Assembly: GCA_965655095.1 (NCBI GenBank)
Contig: OZ296652.1
Location: 14,322,001-14,386,000 of the forward strand
DNA: 64,000 bases
Direction of reading: 5' to 3'
DNA from: Haplodiscus bocki
Taxonomy: Eukaryota
The translations under genes were made by a program, and so were the position numbers. This document shows positions 12,991 to 25,403 of this stretch, piece by piece (within the stretch, counting starts at the first letter, position 1; the number at the start of each line of letters is the position of its first letter). Below the pieces are notes generated by a model. It was not told where the DNA came from. It searched no databases and saw nothing but the letters and a program-made list of their open reading frames with translations.

Positions 12991-14789
12991 CACAAAAATC
13001 ATTTCACGCTGAGGTAGTTTGAGACTTTTTTCTTAGTCTCAATTACAAGTACAAACTCCCACTATTAAAGCCATTCTTTTCGTAAGACAGTTTCTGCACT
13101 GTTTTCCCGAAATCACTACTACAAACAAGAAGACTACAATAGCTTGTAGAAAAACAAAGTCGAAACTGATTTTCAAGACTTCCAAAAAGTGCCTCCCTTT
13201 TTTATTGACTCATTGGCTAAACTCCACAGCACAACAGCATGGTGACTGATGCCGTCCGTTCTGAACGAGAAGCTCTAATTTCGTTTTTAAAAGCAATTTC
13301 CCGAGAGATCAAAGCAGAAAAAATATTTTTCCAATGACTATACTTCAAACGGTTACCTCTCACGAAGCAAGACAATTCAGACCCTCATATTGAAACACAA
13401 AAATCCCAAGTAAAAAAAGGCTTCTCGGTTCAGGCCCGCCTACGAAGGGACTGACGTGAAGAAGGAGGATCTGAGAAACGCGATTGCTCAGATATTAGCT
13501 TGATAATTCGAATGTTAGAATTCAGTTTACAGATACCGCAATGAAACCAAATGGGTGGGGGGCAATTTCCACTGCTCAAAGGATTAACCTGCACTGTCTT
13601 CTTTAAATTCAGAGTCAATTCATTGTTCATTATCAATGATAACTATTCTTGACTTTAAGTTCGTCCGTCACTCCCAAAATTCTGCCCAAATTCCGTTACC
13701 AACTCTCAAGTTGGAATAACCTTGACATACAAAAATTTTAGAACCTCTCGATTTTCAGAAGCTGCCCCACTTTTTCCGGATACATCCCCGCAGTCAAATT
13801 GAAAACTATTTCCCATTTTAGATACAGCGACTACTCCAACTACTTATCATATCATCCCTGTTCCATTCACCCAAATTGGAACACTTCCCAATTTTCTTCA
13901 CTCCCTTCATTCCCAAGCTTGGGACAAGCCAAGCCTTGGCCGGAATACCAATACGAACTAGAATTGAAACCTTTCAACTACAACTTTCCCGGCTCTTCCC
14001 ACTACTTTTTTTGAGGTCTAACCCAAGTAGAGAAATCTAATTCAAAATTATGTCAATCCCATTGCCACTGCCTAGGAATGGCCATGGCTCCGGTTACTAA
14101 CCCATAATACAATTTAGAAATTGTCCCCAATACGTTGCCGGCTACTCCTACTAGGCACTCTCTAACTGCAGCACACTACCCGTGATAGAATGGAAATGTT
14201 TTCTTCAATTCAATTTCGCCGACCACTACTCCCCTTATCAGATACTTCCGCTACAACCGCAGCACAGATGTGGAATTATCTCATCACAAATATTTTAATG
14301 CCATTCATTTCCACCACCTGAGAATGGCCGCATCGCTACCACCATTGTATTTCGCATGGAAATTGGAATTCATTTCAGAGTAAAAATTGCCAGCCACTCC
14401 CACTATTTAACCAGCATACCATCGTTTAGCAGTGAATATAAGTTGGGAAGAAATCCATTTTTCTCTCAATTTTTTCCAAATCCTCAGTTCCTACATCCTG
14501 GGAGAAGCTGAACCTTTACCTGGATACTATCGCAAATTACAATTGAATACTTCAAACTAGATCAACTTACCCACTCATTCCCGCCGCTAATGTTCTCAAG
14601 AAAGAAAGCCTGCAGAGGATTTTGGAAGTTCCTGTTTTTTTTTAATAGTCTGCGCTGTCACCGACTCTATGCTGGTGCACAAAGTTTCTCGTTGACCTTT
14701 GTTCTCTTTTTCCCACATTGGCGAAAAAGTTCAGAGGATTCCAAGATTTAAACTTTGTAGAAGTATAGTCACCTGGAGAGCAAGTTTTT

Positions 14790-15640
14790 TTTACTTTTTT
14801 TGATTCGCGCGCTCTAACCGCCACTATTATGGTCCGTAAGGACCCTCATGTATTCCCATGCAGCTTTACTGTGTTTTCAAAAAATTCAAAACCTTTGCAA
14901 CGTTGCGCAAACTTCCTTCTTTTGGACGAGATCGGAAGATGTCCGAAAACGAGTTTAAAAAACGAGTAAGACTTTAAGAACTTCGTAGATGTGAAATTTT
15001 TTGAAGTCTTAGTAGTATTACTATTTTCCAAAATTCAAAAAACGGGTATCAAAGATTCCAAGCATTAAACGCTCAGAATTTATTATAGTAAAAACAGCCA
15101 CCCAAGTCATCTAGGACTTCCAAAATTTTTAGAGATAACCACAGAATTTTCCTTAACCCTTATTCCCCGATTTGGAATGAATCAATTCAAAAGTTCCCCA
15201 GGTTTACACTTTATTATGTATATTGACTGCAGAAAGAGAGAAAAAGTTTCAAAACGCTTTTACTCGCACGCTCTCACCTCTACTATGGAGGTCCGTATGG
15301 TCCCACCTGTACACCCACGCAGCTTTACCGCGTTCTGAAAAATTTCGAATTTTTTCTAAAATGTGGCATGAAAATCCACGTATATTGACGGGCACAAAAA
15401 AATTTGATTTGCGCGCTCTCGCTGCTACTATGATGGTCCGTATGGTCCCTCTTGTACTCCCACACGGCTTTGCTGCGTTTCGGAGAAAAAATTCAAACAA
15501 CGCGCGAAAAATCCTATTTCGAACGAGGTCGCGAAATGTCGTCCAAAAAAGCGTTAGAAAACACAAAAAAAACTAAAAACCGAGTATAACTCGTAAATAC
15601 TTCGTAAAATCAAATTCTTTCCGAAGTCCTAATAAGGGAA
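14790..15640 (+). repeat. Further copies and subrepeats of the same non-autonomous family
   Basis: Three atggtccgta(t/a)gg(t/a)ccc subunits, plus the ataacca.ag..cc(c)tta.ccctta and tttacacttt motifs shared with 12690-12790. Confidence 0.7.
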
Positions 15641-15720
15641 CTCAGCGAATGTAGCAAAAAAATCGCCGATAAATTCGAAAAATTGGAACATGAGTCGAAA
15701 TAAATGCACAAACTTAAATA

Positions 15721-15890
15721 CAGAGGCGAAGCTGAGCTTCGCAACACTTGAGCAAACGGAATACTAGTGAACAAATCGACTAAATATAACTGATTTTTGA
15801 AGGGGCCACGATACTACAAATACTACCGATAACAAGTGTACAGAAACTCAGACAATTCTTCTTCATTTATATACAAATAAGAAAGGCTAT
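15721..15890 (+). repeat. Hairpin/CTAG module (Helitron-3'-end-like) with conserved downstream tail
   Basis: agagGCGAAGCtgaGCTTCGC...tactagtgaacaaatcgact; closely similar to 37621-37790. Confidence 0.7.
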
Positions 15891-16369
15891 AAAAATTTCA
15901 TTCTGGAAAAAAAGGCAAAAGACTAGGATATAACACTTCTTTGTGGAAGTGTAATCAATTAGTACATGTACTTGATATCGAAGAGCAAATAGCGACGTCC
16001 ATTCTAGCAGGGGAAGAAAAATAATACAAATAAAAGCAAATGAATAGAAAGAAATTATTTTGTCGCTTCACTTCATCGTTCAGCCGGCCAACCACCAAGA
16101 TTTGTGAAGTGCGAGGAAAAATGTACTATCTATAGCCCTTCAGCTTATCGGTTTAATGCCTAAAAAGTCAGTACTGTAATAGACGGGCTTTTCACTGATA
16201 CTATCAAAGCGTCCACTAAAAATGGAAGGATAACAAACAGTACACGAAAAGCCGAATCATTCGAAAATCTCCAAGATCTAAAATTGATGAAACAATAAAA
16301 TTCAATGAAAAGAAAATCAAAAAGTACGATCATATTTCTTCAAAAGAAAGCCTTTAAAAATGACTAATT

Positions 16370-17326
16370 TTGATTGGATTCATTTGGAACTTAAATCAAA
16401 TGGTGCTAGCTTCATATCTCCAAATTTTTCAGACGCTCAAAAACAACCTTATACAAAAAATGGCTTGCGGCTCAGCTTCGTTGAATATCACAGCACAAAA
16501 AGTGAACTGATTTGCTGTCCAATCTCTCATTCTTTCAATTCAGTTATGTACTTATTTCCTTTGCAGTCCTTTAAATCATTTATGCAAAAAAGTCATTTGG
16601 ATTTGTTTGGAAACCCGTGTGTTAAAAGCGAAAGTTTTGAAAGGCTACTTGTCATTAATGGTCCTCAAAAACCGAGCCGTTTCCCAATTTTTGCTTCTAT
16701 TACGGCTTTTAACAATGGTATTTATTTAACAATATCAGAACAGAAAGTGCTTACGGTTGAAGATACTCTAAAAAGGCAAAATCATTACCTCATGATTGCT
16801 GCGACTGCGATCAATAACTATCATCCGAAGCCAATTACAGCTTCACACTTGCGTCTGGATGATAAACAGGTCCCTGGGGGGGGGGGGGTGGCGAATATTG
16901 AAACGAATGAATCAAAAAGTAGTTTTAGAGGCCACTGAGTAAAAAAAATTGGCTTGAATTCAATATATATTTAAATACATTTTGCATTCTCGAAGTGTCT
17001 TGCAGACCATCCAGTAGAGTGTGCGGAAACGCCAAAAAAAATCAAATTTCATTCCGCCTAAATAAATTTTTGTTCCACAATTTCTCAAGTGAAAAATTCA
17101 GAAGTTCAATACAAGTCTACCACGCTCTTCATTTTGCTTTCCATTAATTTTGAGCCAATTTCTAAGGAAAAAGAAAATAAAACAGGAATATCTATTTGAC
17201 TACATTACTTCCAGCTAAAGTAACTTTTCCAATAACAGCTCAATAAATATGATCGAGAGGGTAGTAGATGAGACAAATTCGTTCAACACAGAGGCGAAGC
17301 GGAACTTCGCAACACATTCTGACTAG
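16370..17326 (+). mobile_element. Putative non-autonomous Helitron-like element
   Basis: 16370-16465 and 16740-17005 match 35928-36270. It ends with GCGAAG-N5-CTTCGC followed by ...ACTAGT at about 17326. Confidence 0.55.
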
Positions 17327-19759
17327 TCAGTTGAGATCACGGATTCCGAATAACATTTGAAACCAAAATCGGAGACGTGGTTGACACTGTTAGAGCAGCT
17401 GCCAATCAAGAGATTGTTCAAAAAAGTCAAATTTAGGCAAGTACCCGTCACAGGGTCTCATACTCAAAAATTTGGTGTCAAACATGTCTTTTCAGGTTAC
17501 GGCATTTTGCTGTCCAATGTTTAAGAAGTTCGCACAGTAACCAACGCGAAAATGAACAAGTACCCGTAAAAAAGAGACCGTTTTAACCGTTCACAGTAGA
17601 TGACTAGAATTTCTGGTGACGTCAAAACGAGCAAGTTTAGGATAGGATAAAAAACGAAGCTTACGCCGGTTTCCAATGCATTTTCTTCCTTTCAGTCAGA
17701 ATGTATTAAAAAAACTAGTCAACAATCAACGCGTTTTTTTTCGCATTTTCTAACTTTTTCGGAAATGAAAATTGCTATGACTACATCGTGTTTAAATTCA
17801 GTTGGATTTTAACGAAGGGCTCCATGAAGAAAATTAGTTACAGTGAAAAGTTTTTTTCGTAGATTCATCAAGTCAACATTAATCGGTATTTCTAAACGGA
17901 TTTCTCCGCAGATAAACGCGACAATTCTGTTCAGTATATCGCTCCCAAATATCATTAGGTTTTCGAGAAATTTCAATTAAACGTGAGAAATAAAAGAGCT
18001 TCTTTCAAAACATAGGCATCAAGGATGCTAGTCACTAAGCGCTAAAAATACAGAATAGTGAGAAATTTCACAGCGAATTTAGCGAAAATTCACAGATAAC
18101 TTTGTAAAAACGGAAACTAAATTCACAAATTGAACGTGTACTTAAAAGCAACGTGTAAATTGTAACGGTCGCACTAGATAGGAAAAGCGAAAGAAAGTGA
18201 ATACAAATGAACGAAAGTAAATCAGTAGAAAATATTTCGCTCAGTCGGCAGTCACGCCGATTAAAGAAAATGAGCGGAAGAGTGCGAAGAAAAAATTAAA
18301 TCTGTAGGACTTACGCAAAACTCAATGCCTAAACGAACAGTTGAAAGAACAATTGAAGTCTGAAGACTGAAAAAAAAGAATACGTCATTACTACTATCTC
18401 GGAAACGTTGAATAATTTTTCCTTAACTTTGGAGACGTGAAAACAAAATTGAATGAAAAAATTTAAATGAAGTGTCCCGAAAAATTAAAAATGGAGTTGT
18501 TTGCGCAAGTGTTAAAATAATAGGCACCTGGTGGGCCTCGAATATTAATATTGAAGCATGGGGACGTTAAATTGAAATTTATTGCTGTCGAACTGCAACC
18601 GGAGGCAAGAAATGACGAAACAAAAGAACTTAAGTCTGGAAAGTTCGTCTTATTGCAAGTAAGTCGATTTCTTCCGGAACAAAGCAAAATAGACTCCAAT
18701 TTTTTTAAATATAAACAAAGCATTCTTGGCATTAATGGCTCGACACCTAGGGAAAATTTAGGAGCTTCCGAAACACTGGCAAGAAGATAATGACATCGAA
18801 CATCACAGCTTTTCAAGTCTTTTTCGAGGCAAACATCAAAAAAGAAACGGAAACTTACCATGTAATGGACGAACTCTACTTTTTATGTCCATACAAAAAC
18901 TTGGATGTTTGAGCACTCACATGCCAAAAGTGTAGACTTCAAATGTGACATACGAAATCAAGTAGCCAAAAAATGGTATGTTTAAATTTCCCTCCGACAA
19001 AACCTGTCGAAAAATTGTCGTAACGCAACCACAATTTAGTATTCGATCGATTGAGTTTTCCTTGTTGTGTATACACAAAATTTAGGCAACTTGGAGATCT
19101 AGCTACTGCGATATAAATATCAAAAACGATGAAATATCTCCGTAAAAGCCAGAAGTAGCTGAATTTTCAAGATTCTTACGCTAAGAAACAGGTCGAAAAA
19201 ATTTCGGACGGCAATCAAAACTTGATATGTGGCCCAAGAGATTCGCAGCCTTTCTGCACAAACCTGAACATTCCTAATTTTCAGCAAAAGCAAAAAGTTG
19301 AAAATTTCAATATCCATGCTTTTTTCGTAGAATTTATTTTTCAAATGGATTCTTGGCGAAACCTGCAACTCATTATGTAAAAAAGAACCACTGCACACAA
19401 ATTACCACGTTACTTAATACTGTACGGGGAGAAGTGACGTAAGCACTTTCACGTAACCTCACTTAGCCAAGTGAGGCAGAAGTGTTCAGATATTCTTTCT
19501 ATCGCGTTATGACTACCGCTCAAACCTAATGAAGAATCGCAGTTTTAAAATTTTATAATAACCAAAAGTTGAAACTAACCTCGAGATTTCAGCCCAAAAT
19601 GAGAAGCTTAAAATTTATCAGATTTCAGATAAATGCCGAAATTTATCGGTGCAGTTTGTTTATTTGCTAATTATACAGGAAATACGAGCTAATTAAGATT
19701 ACGAAGGAAATAAAGTTGACTTACCAAGCAGAAGTTACGGGGCAGTTACAACGAATGTT

Positions 19760-19930
19760 TGGATACAAATAAAAAGCCCTGGTTACCCAAGAAGTACGAA
19801 AGCGATGAAGCCCAAAAACTCAGACTACAAGGCGGTAAAGCTGAAGATTATATTTGAGATTAAATATTTGCCGACTTTACGGCGGCATGAAGCAATTTGG
19901 AGGTTACTCGATTGGAATTGCACAAATTGA
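19760..19930 (+). pseudogene. Possible Helitron Rep-domain fragment
   Basis: EIKY...CRLYGGM/EAIWRLL across a frameshift resembles the Helitron motif DEIxxYxxxRYxxxxEAxWR. Confidence 0.3.
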
Positions 19931-20199
19931 TGATAAAATTAAAGAAAAATTGAATTTTCGAATTTGCCCAAATTCTACTATCAGCCTATTGGTAAGTAGG
20001 TCTGACATGCCGGATATGCGCTGTTTTTCTTTTGGTGGCATGAAAAATCAGAATGATGCCATTTGGCACGACTGAAGAAATCATAATTTCACTCACTTGC
20101 TCAACGTTAACAACTTACTCTCTTCTCTCTCCTACTCTTAAAATTTTGAACTTTCCTCTTCTCCTTGCTCTTCTCAATCTTCGAAATTATTCTAAGTCA

Positions 20200-21700
20200 A
20201 ATTTTGACTTAGCCGCAAAACGCTCATCATCGAAAATATTCCAAGTCGAATTATGACTTAGCCGCAAAACCTCCTTAATTCTGGAAAACCTCCATTCCTG
20301 ACCTCCTCCTGCCTACCAAATGATCGTAAAGTAAACACTGCTATCTGCGGCGCTCTCCTATTGGACGATCACCCGATTGCGCCATAACCGGGTGTAAATA
20401 CCCCGTACACTCTCATTATATCCATTCGCTCTCTACAGTTAACTAGCCTACTTCCCGAAGCGAAACTCTCTTCCACTTCACCCTCATCCTGATTTAAGAG
20501 CGAAATCCTCATCATTGAAATTATTACAAGACAAAATTCTCATCATCGAAATTATTCTAAGACAAATTTTCCCATCCTCGAAACTATTCTAAGACAAAAC
20601 TTGTCTTAGCCTCAAGTTCTGATGTACAAAACCAACCTACTCGCTCTCGATTTCCTCACCAAATTATTCTATTGGCTCTCACCCAAAATTGCAAGGACAT
20701 GTGACCATCCGTGTATAAATACCCAGTGCACGTCCATAAAATTCATTCGCTCGCTACAATTCACCGGCTCAATTCCACGAGGCGAAACTCTTCTCGACCT
20801 CCTCCTCAATTCCCAACTTCTATTAGTTGAATTTCTTCTTTATCACATCTTAGCGAGCAGAACCCAACATCCACTATCAACCAAGAACGACCTAAAGAAC
20901 ACGAACTTCGACGCAATCCTTCAATTTCAATGATGGTATCAGTGAGTCCCTCATTTCATTTACTAGCAGAGTAACTCTCGCTAGAATTTTTCAAAAGATT
21001 TTTGCATTTCAAATCCAGTAAGTTATTAATCTACTGGCTATTCGGAAATCGTAAAAATAAAAGATAAACCCTCTCAACAATTTCGCGAGTTGATTACCGC
21101 GTTTGAGATAAAGGGATATAGGAGAATTAGCTCAGTAACCGTGAAAACGAGTGACACTGAGTCTTAGATAAAATCTAAAGAGTTAAAACAGCTCAAACCC
21201 CTCCAATAAAATCCGAGGACTATGTCACGGTATAGACAAAAGGGGAACTAAGATTTCTCGACCAGCTACTATGCTAAGCAAGTACTGAGTCGTTATATGA
21301 AAAGCTAAAATACATGAAAACGCCTCGTCAGTGGATTAACACTTGAATAAAAGAGGACCCTAAGAAACTGGACTTGGTTAACTGCTTTTATGTATGTTAC
21401 CACAGTGGTAGACAGAAAGCTAAAACGGACAACTTATTAACGTAAAAGTAAAATACATGAAAGCACCTCGTCAGTGGATTAACATTTGACTAAAGGAGGA
21501 CCCTAAGAAGCTTGACTTGGTTGACTGCTTATGCATGTTACCACAGTCTTAGATAAAAGGTAATATCCCGTTCAATAACACCGTTTGACTTATGTCAAGG
21601 CCTGAACTAAAGGGATTTAAGGAAATTGACTCGGTTGACTGCTTTTATGGCATGTTACCGAAGTCTTAGCTAAACTGATTACATATAACGTAAGAGTAAA
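20200..21700 (+). mobile_element. Possible LTR plus leader of an LTR retrotransposon
   Basis: A CTATTGG + GT(G/A)TAAATACC + CATTCGCTC module is duplicated at about 20358-20440 and 20669-20760. TTTCA is followed by a PBS-like TGGTATCAG (20934), then tandem repeats. No partner LTR or gag/pol is seen. Confidence 0.35.
21308..21675 (+). repeat. Tandem repeat, ~142-bp period (2 full copies plus 1 partial)
   Basis: aaaatacatgaaa..cctcgtcagtggattaaca...gaggaccctaagaa...gacttggtt.actgctt..tg.atgttacc at 21308 and 21450; partial copy at about 21618. Confidence 0.85.
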
Positions 21701-24204
21701 ACTAAAACGAAACAAAAGGCAAAAACGCCGAGCTAGAAACAACGAATGCAACCATTCGTCCTACCTCCAAAAGTAAAAACGGCCAAAAACTTACCTCAAC
21801 CTAATTCTTATGTATGATTAACAGTTCCAATACTTTTTGGAAAGATTTGTAAATTTACTTTTATCAATTGCTGTATTCTCATTTGTTCTAATATTTCAAA
21901 TATCAGCTAAAATTTATACTAAATTTGATGTGTTACAATTTATTAAAAGCTGCAATGCCTTAAACTTCGAATTTTTCATAAATTCTCTTCGGATACTCTG
22001 GATATTGAAAAATTCTTAATACTTTCTTTCTGATATTCTGGCGCTGAAAAATTCTGGATATCTTCGAATATTGTCTGAGGGTAATAAAAATACAGTGGAT
22101 AGCAGCTTATTTCTCTGATTTCTGGGGATAAATTGATTGTTCTTCATTACAGTTGATGATGTACAAAATTAATATATTACAGTTGATTTGTGGTCAATAT
22201 TAGATTCGATTTATAAAATTTGGAAGACAGCTGCTGAATTTTAATAGTTTGGATTTCTCCCATCTTGCCCCCAGTAATCTCACCCATCCGAAAATTCATC
22301 TTATCTTGTACACATTTGCATTGTATAAGTTGATTGCCATTTCCGTATATTCATCAAATAATTCATCTCTTAACTAGTACTCTTTCTTTGCTCACCAAGT
22401 CCTTGCTAGTAGAACTTACGCAACTTTGTTCGCGCGGTTTAGCAAGGCAAATTTACAAGGCTAATATCAGTGTAAGCTTTTGAGACTTTCTTACACGTAA
22501 ACGCAGACGCATGGCCGCACACGCCGCTCAGCAATATTAGCTAGCGAGAACAATAGTAAACAATTAATAATACCCCTAGTACACCCACGACATTTCGTAT
22601 GGAAAAAAAGGTCAGCGTCGTACCTACAATATCTTTCGCCCTCAGCTTTGATAATAACAAAAACAGAAAATTCCCTTCTGATAATATTTTAGTTTCAACT
22701 CTGCAAAATTCCTAAATAGAGTCCATTCTATCAAAACATACAGATGGCAATAATCAACATGTAACATGTTGTTCAGATACACAGTTGATAAATACGGACA
22801 GGGAGCCAAGAATGTCCAAGTCAGTTATATCCGGTCTGTTTTTCACTTTCGGCTTCGAGATTAATGAAATCTAGGATTAGCTACAAAACAGAAAAGCCTA
22901 TAATTGAGAATCTCATTCTCATTGAACTTTAATTTCCCAACAAAATCAAAGCCTAAAAACTTGACATTAAAGAGGTGTAAGATCCCGATCTGGACTCCAA
23001 TTTTTCCGTAAATTCAGAACAAGATTTTCAGAGAAGTTTTTGCGTTGACTATCACGAGAACGAAAATTTTTTGAAATGGCGTTCAAATCGACAAGACAAG
23101 GGTACGTGTCCTCAAAAACCAAGGTGGCTATCAAATGGCTTTGAACAGCATAGGAAAAGACAATATTGGAGCAATTACATTAGCGATTAAAATAAGCTGG
23201 AAACAGCCCAAGTCGGCGCCGTCCACTAAGTTTCAAGAATCTGAGATCCGCGTCCACAAAAAATGGCGTAGTTTTAGTTTTGTCCAATTTTGAAAAATTG
23301 TTTTGCTATAAGCCTGTGTTACCGAAATTATTGAACATAAGGGCATCACAAAATTTTCATCTTTTTCGATAGCAAAACCTCTTGATGTAGGGCAAAGGAA
23401 ACCATCATGAATGTATTCGGCATTTCTGTATTCGTGGTACTCGAGCAGTAGTTTCACGCAGAGGAAGATGCCACTTCATACTTAGGTTCTTTTTTTAAAG
23501 ACGCTCAAAATAAACTTAATTTGCGAAACCTAGTAGCATAATGAAGACGAAATCGCTTATTCTAAAGGTCCATTTGTGACACTATAGATTTTGCATTCTT
23601 ACGTGGGTTACAAAATACTTTTTGATGCCAAAACCTGAGGTTGTCCTACAATTAGCTACTCGTAACCATGACAAAATTGCTCCTAGAATTTAAGAGGGAA
23701 CGACAGCAAGGAGAATGATCTGAACCCCATATTTAACTTAATGTTTATTAAGGTGATAGCATCTAAGCGGTACTATTCCCTTGATATATTGTACAAAAAT
23801 TGGGAATGGGCACAAAAAATATCATAACCAAAACATTTGTTGAACTGGAAACTACCAGTTGAAATTTTTGCTAGTTTTATCAATTTTGGAACGTTTTCAA
23901 AACCTGCAGAAAATTCGAATTGGCCTGCTTGACAGAAGCCATTAAATTATTTTGACCAGCGCATCCATTTCCGAATTAATCAGAAAAATCCATACATCTC
24001 CGCTCACGAGTATACAAACCTTTCTCGACTGGAAAGAAAAATTAAAACTCAACAGATGCTCGCTCATTAGATGGTTGCGAAAATATTGCACAACGCTGCT
24101 CTCTCATTAATTTGAAATAACACTGACAAAAAAAACAGGCGTTCACTGTTTCCATGACACCCATCACCCCTACGGGGGATTCTGATTTTGAAAAACTTAA
24201 CTGG

Positions 24205-24865
24205 GATCTTTTCTAATAACTCCCCCCCCCCCCCACGCCGCAGCCAACTCGTCTCTGAGTGGCTAAAATTCACTCGCCTGTGAGTTAAAGCATTAAGCCG
24301 CTTATTATTTCGCATATCCATAATGGTGTGGGGGGAGTTAAATCAGTGGGGGGGGGGGGGAGAGATACTAGAAAAAATCCCTTTACTGAAGTGAAGGGAG
24401 ACTTGTTGAATTTATCGCCCAAAACATCCACGTCAACTAGAGCTAACTAGCAACAGTTGAAAATGAAGTAACTGTAAGGTTGAGAATCGCTAGTTATCGA
24501 TTAATTCGATTAGCCTCCAATCACTGATGTACATGTATGAATGCATAAGTTAGAGCTCAACTCACCGTTAATATGATTGCCACAGACAAACATCACTAGT
24601 TCTCGGTCGTATGCTGGCTAAAATATAAAACAACTTTGAAACTCCTCAGAAAAAGAACAAGTTATGGATTTTTTCTCTTAACTCCCCCCCTCCCCCCCCC
24701 ACACACACCATAATGGATATACGAAATAATAAATAATAAGCGCCGTAAGGATTTAAATAACGTGCGAGTGAATTTTAGCCAATCAGAGAACAGGAACAGT
24801 TCGCTTCTGCGTGGGGGGTTATTAAAATTCTCGTTACTGCTGTTTGGGGGGAGTTAACAGAAAAA
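24205..24865. mobile_element. Foldback/MITE-like element with long imperfect inverted arms containing C/G runs
   Basis: 24253-24340 (ctctgagtggctaaaattcactcgc...tatccataatggtgtggggggagttaa) is the inverted counterpart of 24677-24788. Outer taactccccc/ggggggagttaa motifs are also inverted. Confidence 0.8.
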
Positions 24866-25403
24866 ACAGAAAAGACACCAAGTTGTTCCATTTCGTAACT
24901 TATAATGGTTTCCATACAAAAGGTGCACTTGTAGTATTGGCAAGTCGAATGAACTTTTCCTTCACGATATTACACTAGAGAACATTAATATAACCAATGA
25001 ATAGTCATTTGTACTGGGAGAACAAAAAGATCCAGTGTGTAAGTCCAACTAAGGAGTGTTTTCAGAAGGAACAGATGTTGTCTTATGAACTAGTAAACAT
25101 CAATTTAATTTCTCAGAGAGAAAATTCAAGAAGTTTGAGCGAAGATGTACCATAACGGTATATAAACATACGGGTAGGTTTACGTTTATACTTTTTGATG
25201 GCAAATAATTTGAGATGTAAATAAAGAGGATTTCAAGCCAAATATAGACAATGACAAAACTTACCGTTGCTAAAATAACTCATATTTCAGCGAACAGTTT
25301 GTCGAGCAAATCGAAATTAATTTTCAAAGAAATCATTACGATCGCTTAGATTCGAAGAAAAGCCTCGAAATTGGTCAGAGAAAACAGATTATCTCTTTGG
25401 CTT

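Noticed and set aside
16360-16938. 192-aa ORF
   Set aside because: It lies within a repeat whose second copy (35928-36270) lacks the middle; no recognisable domain.
21308-21675. CRISPR-like repeat array
   Set aside because: Eukaryotic context, long degenerate units, no unique spacers and no cas genes.
21800-22380. Possible minus-strand env-like or viral ORF remnant
   Set aside because: Multiple stops and no diagnostic motif.
23150-23457. TRP-channel-like pre-S1 segment
   Set aside because: Only a vague resemblance, with an in-frame stop and no supporting neighbouring exons.
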